From assembly GCA_964016885.1 (NCBI GenBank), contig OZ024745.1:16492001-16556000 (forward strand): a stretch of DNA of 64,000 bases. The letters run 5' to 3'. Positions 28,360 to 42,254 of this stretch are shown piece after piece (position 1 is the first letter of the stretch; every line of letters starts with the position of its first letter). The position numbers and the translations under genes are program-made. Below the pieces are notes generated by a model, which saw only the letters and a list, made by a program, of their open reading frames with translations, was not told where the DNA came from and ran no database searches. This DNA comes from Eledone cirrhosa. Lineage: Eukaryota.

Positions 28360-29700
28360 TAACTACATAAGGTTAACCGCCAATAGATTAAAGCAGCGTC
28401 TTTACATGCATACACATTCTTTTCGTTACCCTCTAAGAAGGAATATGACGTCACTTTCAGCTTATATCTGGAGTCTAAAAGACAACCACACCTAATATAA
28501 GTTAAACTGGGAGATCCTAGCTAGGGCTAGATCGTATAACGGAAATAAAAGACCATGTGACCTCTGCGCCGCTGAGGTCCTGGAAATACTCTACGCCAAC
28601 AAAAAATATGAGGCAATTTCGGCTTGTAAACATAAATTGCACAAAACTTTCCAGTATTACAGCCCCACGTTATACCCTAACGAATAGTACGATCTATACG
28701 TGGATATTTTACGTCTTGATGTGGTAGCTAAGTATATGTTTTGTTTATACCATTACTTATTTGCATAGGTAAGTATATATTACCTGTATGTTTTGTGAAG
28801 GTACGTATACCTTCTTGTACGTATATTTGATTGTATATGTTATGGCGTATAATTTTATATATTCTGGTTCATATGGTTTGGTTATGTGTATACGGGAGTT
28901 TTAGGTCTGTGTGAGTATGCACGTTCGTACGTATGTATGGTGTGTGTATATGTGTAATTCATGTTTTGGTTGACTTACGTCTCCGAACAATTGTGTGTTT
29001 ACATGTAGGTATGTGCGTGCGCTTGTTATATAGGTATTTATTTATTTATATACGTTTATTTAATTATTTATTTATTTGTATACACCATACGCACACACAC
29101 ATATTTATATGTGCGTGGTTTTGTATACCTATGGTAAGTGTTTTCGCGTATGCTTGTGTATGTACGTATTTGTATGCGTGTATGTATTCGTTTAATTTCT
29201 ATTACCTCTGTATTGTATTTATTTACTTTGTTCTTAACTCTGAAGCGGAGATTCATTCGGTCTCCGAGTTAGAATCTTAGTCTACGACTTCTGCTATACC
29301 ATTTACGTGGTTTTGTATTTGCTTGCAATTGTTCTCCACGCTCCACATATGACGTATTATCTTCGTTTTTTTTCGTTCATTGCCAGAGAACGTCTCTATG
29401 AACCACCTAAGAGAACATTAGTCTACGACCTCTTTTTTACCATAAACGTGGTTGTGTCTTTGCGCGTAATTGTTTTTCGCCGCTCCTATTAATGACGTAT
29501 TATATTCGTTTTTCCCCGTTCTTTGCCAGCGAACATTTCCACGAACCAAAGTATCGTCTTCCTGTCTTCCTCCGGTTCCAACGTTTTTTGAAATAACCAC
29601 TTCTGCGTTTACAGATTGACTTTGTTAGTTTCAGAAGATCCCGTTAAGGGAGAAAGCAGCGATTCTTTGCTTAAACTTTAATCTGTTATTTTAATAAATA
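28360..29700 (+). mobile_element. 5'-truncated PLE: GIY-YIG remnant, TG-rich 3' UTR, terminal HHR
   Basis: 28360-28650 reads NYIRLTANRLKQRLYMHTHSF...SLSAYIWSLKDN...WEILARARSYNGNKRPCDLCAAEVLEILYAN. Same family as 42575-43300. Confidence 0.85.
29627..29677 (+). ncRNA. hammerhead-like motif, CAGAAGA core
   Basis: AGTTT-CAGAAGA-TCCC-GTTAA-GGGA-GAAA-GCA-GCGATTCTT-TGC-TT-AAACT. All three stems pair. Confidence 0.7.
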
Positions 29701-29748
29701 TATATATACGTTATTAATAAATGGAAACTATATTTATAAAACCATATT

Positions 29749-29813
29749 TATTTCATTATACATATTTCAGGGATATCACTTTAAATTATGGTATGCCTTC
29801 ATCAGACAAAATA
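29749..29813 (-). ncRNA. minimal hammerhead ribozyme (family of 4692/39197)
   Basis: Reverse complement: TATTTTGT-CTGATGA-AGG...CCT-GAAA-T-ATGT-A-TA-ATGAAATA. Confidence 0.8.
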
Positions 29814-29865
29814 CAATATATAACAGTTTTACAAATAGCTTTGACGTACCCTTTTAAAATGCAAC

Positions 29866-30097
<232 letters not shown>

Positions 30098-30224
30098 ATG
30101 TTAACTAGTTTAGAAGGACATAAAAATATGATTAAAAAATCAGAAAAATGGGATGCAAAAATGGCGGAGGAAATAACCTAATACTTGAAAGACGAGTATG
30201 TATTTCAACAAATGTATGAGTGGG

Positions 30225-30272
<48 letters not shown>

Positions 30273-31000
30273 CTGTAATATGAATTTCGGATTATAATAG
30301 TTTGTAAATTATATATAATTTTGTTGTATTAAAAGAAAAAAACGAGTGCTTCTGAAATTATATATTTTTAATGCATTGTTGTCAAATATTCATTTATTTG
30401 CTGATAAGCAACATAAATGTCTCATATTAATTTTGAAAATATATTTGAAATTCTATTGTTGTTCTCGTTTATACTTAAGTACGTGATTCTAACAGAAATT
30501 GGAAGCATAATAGAAATTTCTTGAAATATACACAGCAATCATAGCGGATGGTATCGTGCCTGTACAAAAGAATATAAACTACTTAAGGCTTAAAATATGT
30601 AGCTTCATCGCTTTGTGTTTCAAGCTTCAACAAGCCTGAACAGTTTTCCGTTTAAATGTGGCTTAAGTATTAGGTGTCCTACCATGTTGTGACGGTAAAA
30701 CCACTGTACGGTTGCTAGGATTCCCAGAAATACCTGTTCCCATCAAGTCCTACTTTTCAGGCTGAAAATGTATATCTAGATATTTATGAGTGTATCGATT
30801 TGATAATAGGTGAAAAATAGCTGACCTGGGCATAACACCAATAACAAACACAGGAGCAGCAACTGCAGCAACCGATGTTGCTATTTCCACTATGTACTTT
30901 GCTCATTCTACTTCGTGACGTCATATCGTCTCTGCTGTGAATAACTGTTTATAGACATTAGGTTTCTAATGGAGAGATATCATCACACTAGACTGGGCAG

Positions 31001-31275
31001 TAGGGCGGTGGAGTGGCAGATCTATTAGAGCGCTAGATAAAATAGTTTTCACTTTCCGATCGGAGTTCAAAATCTGCAAAAGTCAACTTTGTGTTGCCCC
31101 CAGCCAGGGTCGATAAAAAGTCGTACCAGTCAATTACTGGGGTCCATAATATAATCAGCTTCTATTTTCACCCAAAGGTGAGGAGGCTGCTGAAATGCAT
31201 TACTGTATTTTGCTTCGATCCTCTTCGATCCACATTGATCTTTATCATTCTTAGATTGATAAGATAAGGTACAAA
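31001..31275 (+). mobile_element. SINE family A remnants
   Basis: GGGCGGTGGAGTGGCAGA...GGAGTTCAAAATC...GGGTCGATAAAAAG..GTACCAGTCAATTACTGGGGTC. Confidence 0.65.
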
Positions 31276-31301
31276 TCATGAACAGCGATCCATTTAATCG
31301 G

Positions 31302-31336
<35 letters not shown>

Positions 31337-31473
31337 TGTATGTATGTATGTATGTATGTATGTATGTATGTATGTATGTATGTATTTCTCTCCCCGCCCC
31401 CTCTCTCTCTTTAAACGTGAACCTAATAAACTACCATTTGTACTGCCTCTGTTTTTTGTTCCTGTCTAATATT

Positions 31474-31523
<50 letters not shown>

Positions 31524-31654
31524 TATGTGTGTTTAATGGTAGCTATGATGTGTCCATAGGCGGTATGCCAGTTGAGCACTCTATGTTGTTACAGAGCAGA
31601 GTGTGATATAATATAAAACGAAAAATCAGTGATGCATCTGGACTCAGTTTATCG

Positions 31655-31744
31655 TGTATTACAATTGATTTGCCGGCAGATAGCTCGAGACACGATCATT
31701 GTATGGATCTGTCTGATTCTAGATCTGCAGGTTCTTCGGACACA
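31655..31744 (-). ncRNA. degenerate hammerhead, CCGAAGA core
   Basis: Reverse complement: TGTGT-CCGAAGA-ACCTGCAGAT...ATCTGCCGGC-AAAT(decayed GAAA)-CAATTG-TA-ATACA. Confidence 0.5.
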
Positions 31745-32408
31745 TGCAATACTTTCGGAACAAATTTTCTCACTGAGGTGTTAGCTTCAAAAAACATCTC
31801 CCTATCTTGTCTTGCTATTGGCTGTTGTTTTTCTACGTCATCATAAATTCTGGTCAATATTCTACTATATATATATATATAGTAGAATAATCGAGTATCG
31901 AAAAATCGGCGCACGAGTTCACGATAAACAAAATTCGACATGAGTGGCAGAGGGCTCAATAATTCAGATAAATCAGAGCTATAACTATCGTTAAAATACC
32001 AACACACAAAGATTATGTCTAAAATCACCCATACAACCAAAAAATTACGATCAGGAAGATTCGGGTCACTCAGATAAAATATCAATAAATCAATAAATCA
32101 TATGAATGTAAAAAGCTTACCCGGACCCACTAGAAAGATGGTAAATCTAGCTTCTTGGGTTTCTGTAATTCCTTAAACCGCTCCCTATCAGCCCACATAA
32201 AAATATATAAGACTTCTAGAGAGCGGCGGACAGGAATACTTTATCAACGGGCTTTGTCCAAACGAATAAAAAAGCCAACCCTAGTTGAAACGCACATGGA
32301 ATCCAGCAGTGGAGATAACCTCTATATCTTCGAAAGATATTCGGGAATGTGGGAAATCACATATCGAATAAGAGTGCTCAATAGACATGTTAAAATAAAC
32401 AGGAGCTA

Positions 32409-32409
<1 letters not shown>

Positions 32410-32452
<43 letters not shown>

Positions 32453-33203
32453 TATATACATATACATACACTCATACATACACACACACTCATATATACA
32501 CACATATATATGTGTATATAAATACACACAAACACATACACATACACATATATACATACGCACATAAATATCAACACATCCATACATACACATACATATA
32601 TACAACCACACACACATATATACACACATACAGACACATAGAAACATAAATATAAATACATATACAAACACACATATACATACATATATATACATATATA
32701 TACATATACATATATATATATGTTTGTACAAGCATACACATACACAAACATAGCCATACACACATACATATACATACATACATACATGCACACAATCATA
32801 CATATATACACACGTACATACATACACATACATAAATGCACTCCTCTACATATTCACACACGGAAATAAATATGAGAAAAAAAATATATATATATATATA
32901 AAAAAAAAGAAGACATTTTTGACAGCTATACAAACTGAAGTAACTGGACAGACACGCGTGGTAAGTAATACACACAAATGCACGTATACATACGTACGAA
33001 ATAGTAAATACATACACACACTCTCGCACATAAATATACATATACAAATACATAAACACATACATACACATACACAAATACATGCACAAACACGCACACG
33101 CACACGTATACAATTATACACACACATATACACACACATATGTATATGTAATTATATACACATACATATATATATATATATATACATAAATATAAAAATA
33201 CGA
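32410..33203 (-). repeat. third copy of the low-complexity element body (matches ~34170-34867 and ~39707-40480)
   Basis: Shared unique islands such as CATAAATATCAACACATCC, AATGCACTCCTCTACATATTC and GTAACTGGACAGACACGCGTGGTAAG. Confidence 0.9.
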
Positions 33204-33486
33204 TAAACGAACATCAACGGCCCTCGCAAGTAAGGTGTGGGAACTCAAGGATAGTAACATCCCGTACTCTATTGATTGGTCTATATTAGACCATTCGAGG
33301 GAGTACCAAAGGGGCACAAAGAATCGTTCTTTGTGTACCACAGAAAAGTATAGGATTTTGCTAAACTGGAGAGCCACTTCCGCTTGCCTTAACTCAAAGA
33401 CTGAGATCTTCAGATGCTGTCTTCATCTGAAATCGCATCTGATCTGTAACTGGATTGACACTCCTATGATAAATCAACCGCCCTGA
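33203..33486 (+). pseudogene. PLE GIY-YIG C-terminal remnant
   Basis: TSTALASKVWELKDSNIPYSIDWSIL...SLCTTEKYRIL...LNSKTEIFRCCLH. Confidence 0.85.
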
Positions 33487-33663
33487 ACTCCCTCTCTGCT
33501 CTTTACTTCTGCTACGGTTTTTATTTTGCTGAATCTACGTTCTGTACTCTTGTATATATTATTTTTTCTCCCTTACCTCCCCTTATATTTCACCTTTTCC
33601 TATGCCCCCCCCCCCCATATATTCTCTTTACCTTGCCCTTCACATACCTATGTATATGTGTGT

Positions 33664-33695
<32 letters not shown>

Positions 33696-33696
33696 G

Positions 33697-33760
<64 letters not shown>

Positions 33761-33787
33761 TGTAATAAACAACATAAGGCAATTATT

Positions 33788-33843
33788 CCATTTACCAGTG
33801 GTTTCTTAAAAGCAAAAGATTTTGCTTTCAATCCTCAGAATGA
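33788..33843 (-). ncRNA. hammerhead ribozyme (mirror of 40671-40726)
   Basis: Reverse complement of TCATT-CTGAGGA-stem II-GAAA-CC-ACT-GG-TA-AATGG. Confidence 0.85.
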
Positions 33844-34003
33844 AAAAATCCTGGTCTGTTTATTGAATTTGGATTTTAAAAACAAAAATGCAATATATAT
33901 GAAAGTGAGGCTGGAGAAGGAAGAAGGAAAGGAAAAATAAAATAAAACTACACATGCAAACACACACACAAAAACACGCACACTCACACACAAATACATA
34001 CAT

Positions 34004-34186
<183 letters not shown>

Positions 34187-34976
34187 CATACACTTATACA
34201 TACACACACACACATATATACACACATATATATGTGTATATAAATACACACAAACACATACATATACACATATATACATACGCACATAAATATCAACACA
34301 TCCATACATACACATACATATATACAACCACACACACATATATACACACATACAGACACATAGAAACATAAATATAAATATATATACATACACACATATA
34401 CATACATATATATATATATACATATACATATATATATATGTGTGTACAAGCATACACATACACAAACATAGCCATTCACACATACATACACATACATAAA
34501 TGCACTCCTCTACATATTCACACACCCAAATAAATATAAGAATAAAAAATAATTATATATATATATAATAAAAAAAAAGACATTTTTGACAGCGATACAA
34601 ACTGAAGGTAACTGGACAGACACGCGTGGTAAGTAATACACACAAATGCACGTATACATACGTACGAAATAGTAAATACATACACACACTCTCGCACATA
34701 AATATACATATACAAATACATAAACACATACATACACATACACAAATACATGCACAAACACGCACACGCACACGTATACAATTATACACACACATATACA
34801 CACACATGTATATGTAATTATATACAAATACATATATATATATATATATACATAAATATAAAAATACGCACACACACATATATGTATACATACACACACA
34901 CATAGACATACATAGCTATACAATTATACACATACAAATACGTACATATCATAAACACGCACAACCAAATACAAAC

Positions 34977-35029
<53 letters not shown>

Positions 35030-35148
35030 CATATACATACACATATACATGTGTGTGTCTGTAAAACTCAGTCTTAGATTATTCATATGAACCTTACATA
35101 TATATAGTAGTAAGGTAATAAAGTTATAAGCAACATAAAGCAATTATT

Positions 35149-35204
35149 CCATTCACCAGTGGTTTCTTAAAAGCAAAAAATGTTTCCTTCAATCTTCAGA
35201 ATGA
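35149..35204 (-). ncRNA. hammerhead, probably inactive (UG cleavage site); mirror of 39379-39434
   Basis: Core CTGAAGA and GAAA are present, but the site reads TG and stem II is eroded. Confidence 0.6.
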
Positions 35205-35244
35205 AAAAAACCTGGTCTATCTACATATACATACATATACACAC

Positions 35245-35311
<67 letters not shown>

Positions 35312-35348
35312 ATTAAATAAATGGAAACTATATTTATAAAACCATATT

Positions 35349-35414
35349 TATTTCATTATATATATTTCAGGGATAACATATCAACAATATGCCATGCCTT
35401 CTTCAGACAAAATA
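35349..35414 (-). ncRNA. minimal hammerhead ribozyme (mirror of 39197-39262)
   Basis: TATTTTGT-CTGAAGA-AGG...CCT-GAAA-T-ATAT-A-TA-ATGAAATA. Confidence 0.85.
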
Positions 35415-36770
35415 CAATATAAACAGTTTTATAGATAAATAGATTCGACATACCGTAACAACATCGACTTGCATTTGAGAAGGTTGATTTGGCAGCGAAA
35501 AAATTGTACACAGAGAGAAAGAAAGAGAGAAAAGGCAGAAAACGAAGAAAAAGAAGAAAAAGAAGAAATGCATGGAACAAAATAGAGAGATAGAAAGATA
35601 GATAAAGAGAAGAACTTCATGTAAAGAAACAGAGAGAGATATATATATAGAGAGAGAGAGGAAATAGAGATAGATACATATATATAGAAAACTAGGTAGT
35701 GGGACGTCTGTTGAGTAAACGTATCAATGATACATTTATTTATTTATTTATTTATTTAGCTCTAGTATTAATGTAAGGGAGATATATGGAGAGAAACCAG
35801 CTGTTATATAGAGAGAAAAAAATATATAGAGAGAAAAAATTTAAAAATAACCAGACATAGGCGAGGCGTAAAAAACCCTATGTTTTAATGTAGAGGTATT
35901 AGTATTTATAAAAACCAGCCACTATATTGTAAATATCAGTATTCCTGAATGAGACATGTATCCATAAAGTGTGAAAATTAATGATCTTATGTTTAGTTTT
36001 TTAAAAAAATTCATATGTTTATGTGATAACTACAAACATCTATGTGAATTTACATGATCAACTCTGCAAACCCTAAGTTCACGGAAAACATTCTCATTGT
36101 GGCATAAAAATTTAAGTATACATATATGTGTATATATATACACACAAATATATATAGAGTCAATATTACTATTCCTGTCTTTACTCTACAAGATTATCTA
36201 TCAAGCAGAAATAGAGAGCAGATTTCAATATACTAATAAAAATATATATCAGAAACAAAACTAAAAAATAACAATAATAATAATAAGTAATAATAAAATA
36301 GAAAACTAAAAAAATATTACGAAAGAATATTACATATTAAAAATATTACATATTAAAAAATATTAAAAATAAAAATATTAGAAAATACTACAATAATAAA
36401 AATAAAAATAAAAATAAACCACAAAGATCAACCCTTCAAAATCAATTGACAATATATTGCCAAGTTCATTATAAGCATCAGAGTCGAAAAACAGATAAAG
36501 CCAAAAATTATCTATCAAATCGCATCTAGCAAAGATCATTTCAAAAAGTTTAGGATGCCCATTTGGTCTACATGTGTTCTTATATTTAATATAGAAGTTT
36601 ATCTAGTGTAACGTTTATTCGAAATATTTGGAGCATCAACTTTTAGGGTAGCTTAATTTTTCATGAAGAATGTTTAAATAAAAATAAAAATAAAAATAAA
36701 AAGAATAAAAAGAAGGAATCAAAGATTTATCGGCTTGTTTCCCATATAATTATAAATCAAACTAAATATA

Positions 36771-37301
36771 CTACATTTTAAATTTAAATTTATATTTAAA
36801 CGTTGAGTTTAATCTATGTTTGCAGCAACTGAATAAATTTGTCCGTAGATTAAGGGAATTTTTAGATTTTAGTATAAAGAATATCTCCTCTGCGCAGAGG
36901 TCACATGTCTCAGAGGATGAATTAAAAGGAATCCCTCTTGAGACTATATTCCAAGCCGTCGAATATCTAACGTTATCTAGCTTAAGTTGCCAGAGTACGC
37001 CTGATAGTGCCGTTGAAGATTTTTTGCTTGGATCTGTGAAAGAATTCTTGTGGTTATTATAGCGAAGTTTAAATTCCGTCGATGTGGAACCGACGTAGTT
37101 AAAAGAATTAGAGTCAGTATTAACATTACAATTGTATACTATATTTTTAACTAAGCAGTTGTTATTTAACGGACATTTAGATCTATCTCTACAGTTACAT
37201 TTGTTAACTTGTATATTATTTATGCTATTATCACTAGGTTTTAAGTTCCTATTATTTATTCTATTAATATTTTGTGCTAAATTTTTGGTGGATGAGTAGG
37301 T
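36771..37301 (-). pseudogene. PLE linker Zn-finger + GIY-YIG endonuclease, uninterrupted but 5'-truncated
   Basis: CNCRDRSKCPLNNNC..NIVYNC...YVGSTSTEFKLRYNNHKNSF...CDLCAEE...LNLRTNLFSCCKH. Confidence 0.92.
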
Positions 37302-37304
37302 TTG

Positions 37305-37844
37305 CCCCCCCTTTCTCACTAAACATTAAAACCCACATCGCTAAACTATTTTTTAAAGCTCTTGATAATCGCTTCCCTAGAACACATAGGTATCACTCAA
37401 TTTTCAATAGACATACAATTAAATTAACCTACATCTAAATGTCCGTTAAATAACAACTGCTTAGTTAAAAATATAGTATACAATTGTAATGTTAATACTG
37501 ACTCTAATTCTTTTAACTACGTCGGTTCCACATCGACGGAATTTAAACTTCGCTATAATAACCACAAGAATTCTTTCACAGATCCAAGCAAAAAATCTTC
37601 AACGGCACTATCAGGCGTACTCTGGCAACTTAAGCTAGATAACGTTAGATATTCGACGGCTTGGAATATAGTCTCAAGAGGGATTCCTTTTAATTCATCC
37701 TCTGAGACATGTGACCTCTGCGCAGAGGAGATATTCTTTATACTAAAATCTAAAAATTCCCTTAATCTACGGACAAATTTATTCAGTTGCTGCAAACATA
37801 GATTAAACTCAACGTTTAAATATAAATTTAAATTTAAAATGTAG
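37305..37844 (+). pseudogene. PLE linker (PPFSLNIKT...IFNRHTIKLTY) joined across a deletion to the GIY-YIG domain
   Basis: Manual translation of 37305-37432. 37433-37844 mirrors 36771-37182. Confidence 0.88.
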
Positions 37845-39196
37845 TATATTTAGTTTGATTTATAATTATATGGGAAACTAGCCGATAAATCTTTGATTCC
37901 TTCTTTTTATTCTTTTTATTTTTATTTTTATTTTTATTTAAACATTCTTCATGAAAAATTAAGCTACCCTAAAAGTTGATGCTCCAAATATTTCGAATAA
38001 ACGTTACACTAGATAAACTTCTATATTAAATATAAGAACACATGTAGACCAAATGGGCATCCTAAACTTTTTGAAATGATCTTTGCTAGATGCGATTTGA
38101 TAGATAATTTTTGGCTTTATCTGTTTTTCGACTCTGATGCTTATAATGAACTTGGCAATATATTGTCAATTAATTTTGAAGGGTTGATCTTTGTGGTTTA
38201 TTTTTATTTTTATTTTTATTATTGTAGTATTTTCTAATATTTTTATTTTTAATATTTTTTAATATGTAATATTTTTAATATGTAATATTCTTTCGTAATA
38301 TTTTTTTAGTTTTCTATTTTATTATTACTTATTATTATTATTGTTATTTTTTAGTTTTGTTTCTGATATATATTTTTATTAGTATATTGAAATCTGCTCT
38401 CTATTTCTGCTTGATAGATAATCTTGTAGAGTAAAGACAGGAATAGTAATATTGACTCTATATATATTTGTGTGTATATATATACACATATATGTATACT
38501 TAAATTTTTATGCCACAATGAGAATGTTTTCCGTGAACTTAGGGTTTGCAGAGTTGATCATGTAAATTCACATAGATGTTTGTAGTTATCACATAAACAT
38601 ATGAATTTTTTTAAAAAACTAAACATAAGATCATTAATTTTCACACTTTATGGATACATGTCTCATTCAGGAATACTGATATTTACAATATAGTGGCTGG
38701 TTTTTATAAATACTAATACCTCTACATTAAAACATAAGGTTTTTTACGCCTCGCCTATGTCTGGTTATTTTTAAATTTTTTCTCTCTATATATTTTTTTC
38801 TCTCTATATAACAGCTGGTTTCTCTCCATATATCTCCCTTACATTAATACTAGAGCTAAATAAATAAATAAATAAATGTATCATTGATACGTTTACTCAA
38901 CAGACGTCCCACTACCTAGTTTTCTATATATATGTATCTATCTCTATTTCCTCTCTCTCTCTATATATATATCTCTCTCTGTTTCTTTACATGAAGTTCT
39001 TCTCTTTATCTATCTTTCCATCTCTCTATTTTGCTCCATGCATTTCTTCTTTTTCTTCTTTTTCTTCGTTTTCTGCCTTTTCTCTCTTTCTTTCTCTCTG
39101 TGTACAATTTTTTCACTGCCAAATCAACCTTCTCAAATGCAAGTCGATGTTGTTACGGTATGTCGAATCTATTTATCTATAAAACTGTTTATATTG

Positions 39197-39262
39197 TATT
39201 TTGTCTGAGGAAGGCATGGCATATTGTTAATATGTTATCCCTGAAATATATATAATGAAATA
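39197..39262 (+). ncRNA. minimal hammerhead ribozyme
   Basis: TATTTTGT-CTGAGGA-AGG...CCT-GAAA-T-ATAT-A-TA-ATGAAATA. Its core differs from the mirror copy only at the free N7 position. Confidence 0.85.
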
Positions 39263-39299
39263 AATATGGTTTTATAAATATAGTTTCCATTTATTTAAT

Positions 39300-39338
<39 letters not shown>

Positions 39339-39378
39339 GTGTGTATATGTATGTATATGTAGATAGACCAGGTTTTTT

Positions 39379-39434
39379 TCATTCTGAAGATTGAAGGAAA
39401 CATTTTTTGCTTTTAAGAAACTACTGGTGAATGG
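39379..39434 (+). ncRNA. hammerhead, probably inactive (UG site)
   Basis: TCATT-CTGAAGA-...-GAAA-CT-ACT-GG-TG-AATGG. Confidence 0.6.
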
Positions 39435-39557
39435 AATAATTGCTTTATGTTGCTTATTACTTTATTACCTTACTACTATATATATGTAAGGTTCATATGA
39501 ATAATCTAAGACTGAGTTTTACAGACACACACATGTATATGTGTATGTATATGTATG

Positions 39558-39598
<41 letters not shown>

Positions 39599-40206
39599 GT
39601 TTGTATTTGGTTGTGCGTGTTTATGATATGTACGTATTTGTATGTGTATAATTGTATAGCTATGTATGTCTATGTGTGTGTGTATGTATACATATATGTG
39701 TGTGTGCGTATTTTTATATTTATGTATATATATATATATATATGTATTTGTATATAATTACATATACATGTGTGTGTATATGTGTGTGTATAATTGTATA
39801 CGTGTGCGTGTGCGTGTTTGTGCATGTATTTGTGTATGTGTATATATGTGTTTATGTATTTGTATATGTATATTTATGTGCGAGAGTGTGTGTATGTATT
39901 TACTATTTCGTACGTATGTATACGTGCATTTGTGTGTATTACTTACCACGCGTGTCTGTCCAGTTACCTTCAGTTTGTATCGCTGTCAAAAATGTCTTTT
40001 TTTTTTATTATATATATATATAATTATTTTTTATTCTTATATTTATTTGGGTGTGTGAATATGTAGAGGAGTGCATTTATGTATGTGTATGTATGTACGT
40101 GTGTATATATGCATGATTGTGTGCATGTATGTATGTATGTATGTATGTATGTATATGTATGTGTGAATGGCTATGTTTGTGTATGTGTATGCTTGTACAC
40201 ACATAT

Positions 40207-40240
<34 letters not shown>

Positions 40241-40459
40241 GTATGTATATGTGTGTATGTATATGTATTTATATTTATGTTTCTATGTGTCTGTATGTGT
40301 GTATATATGTGTGTGTGGTTGTATATATGTATGTGTATGTATGGATGTGTTGATATTTATGTGCGTATGTATATATGTGTATATGTATGTGTTTGTGTGT
40401 ATTTATATACACATATATATGTGTGTATATATGTGTGTGTGTGTATGTATGAGTGTATG

Positions 40460-40510
<51 letters not shown>

Positions 40511-40670
40511 ATGTATGTTTTTGTGTGTGAGTGTGCGTGTTTTTGTGTGCGTGTTTGCATGTGTAGTTTTATTTTATTTTTCCTTTCCTTCTTCCTTCTC
40601 CAGCCTCACTTTCATATAGATTGCATTTTTGTTTTTAAAATCCAAATTCAATAAACAGACCAGGATTTTT

Positions 40671-40726
40671 TCATTCTGAGGATTGAAAGCAAAATCTTTT
40701 GCTTTTAAGAAACCACTGGTAAATGG
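40671..40726 (+). ncRNA. hammerhead ribozyme
   Basis: TCATT-CTGAGGA-TTGAAAGCAAAA-TC-TTTTGCTTTTAA-GAAA-CC-ACT-GG-TA-AATGG. Confidence 0.88.
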
Positions 40727-40753
40727 AATAATTGCCTTATGTTGTTTATTACA

Positions 40754-40812
<59 letters not shown>

Positions 40813-40814
40813 TA

Positions 40815-41157
40815 TAAATTATGTCCTTAGAATCATTTCAACATAATCTCCACATCAACATAATAAACCACACAAAAAAACAATTAAACCAGGCTATAAG
40901 ATTAAAAGGCACCTATGAAGAAATAATAGATAAATAAACGACAGCCATCTATTCGCGATCAACAGCTATAGAATATTTACCCAGCATTTCAATAGCACGT
41001 GGAAATCGATTAAATATATCGTCAACCATACACAATTCGGTATAAAATTATAGTATATTGCTCTGATTATTTAATTTATTAATTCATCATTGAGCCACAT
41101 CGTGAATGTTTGCCAAAAACATATCTATGACTTTGTCTAGTTTGTGTATATGCGCAT

Positions 41158-41160
<3 letters not shown>
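40815..41160. mobile_element. PLE terminal unit with internal inversion (family of 5005-5660)
   Basis: 40885-41050 aligns with 5195-5350, and 41058-41125 aligns with the reverse complement of 5045-5106. Confidence 0.65.
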
Positions 41161-41199
<39 letters not shown>

Positions 41200-41202
41200 A
41201 AT

Positions 41203-41253
41203 GGCTTCTACAGGATTAGAACTGTTTCATTCATGAAAAATCATCAGGAAGCC
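41203..41253 (-). ncRNA. hammerhead ribozyme (family of 8512)
   Basis: GGCTTC-CTGATGA-TTTTTCATGAAT-GAAA-CAG-TTCTAATC-CTG-TA-GAAGCC. The sense 3' end follows at 41400-41470. Confidence 0.8.
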
Positions 41254-41464
41254 GACTGTCCAAGTAATGTGGTGGTATTTATATCTTTTCTGGTGGTAGG
41301 TGAGGATGGTGATTGGGATGAGTAGAGGTCATTGGTTGATGGGTTTAAGGAAAAGGGAAATCTTTAAAAACTATATTTAGAGTAACAAATATAGTTTTAT
41401 TCTATATTAAATATTTACACTCTGCTTTGCATTGAGTACCTTACTTACTGTAACACGGGATAAA

Positions 41465-41531
<67 letters not shown>

Positions 41532-42203
41532 CTCTGTGTGTATATATATATATATATATATTGGATAGTTTGTTCCCTCGTATATAGCAGTAGAAATGTG
41601 AAAGATGCCTCTGCCTATATTCTTGTTACTTAAATGTGAATGAGTTTCGTTTGTTTATATATACATTATTACATTTTAAACTTGATCCAATGAAAATCAA
41701 ATAAGAGGTCGTTGATATGTCTCCATTTGTATGATTACAGATTTGAATATTAAAATGGAAGAGCTGTTTAATTCATTACGAAACAACAACCACAAACAAA
41801 ACAAACGAAAAAAAAACCAAACAAACAAGAAATTAAGCAGATATATATTTCCATTCTATTGTGAAATGGGATTTGCAATTCTGTAATAAAACTAATCTCT
41901 GGGGTAATATCGACGTAAGCGAAATAAGATGTCTGCCACCTAGAACTGTAACTAAAATGGTCACAAATCTAACTGACAACAATGATTTATTACTAACACA
42001 TAACGTGACCCGTTACAAAATGGGGTGGGACTCTATTTGGTATACGTTTTTCTCAAGAGAATTAATAGGCTAAATGTAGTGTTAATATCTCAACTAGAAA
42101 GATACCGAAACCTGTACATCTACGCATATGTAGTTATATACGTACATATTCCCTGCTTTGTGTGATGAAGTTTATAAAAGTTGTTATTTTACGAGTTTGT
42201 GCA

Positions 42204-42252
<49 letters not shown>

Positions 42253-42254
42253 TA

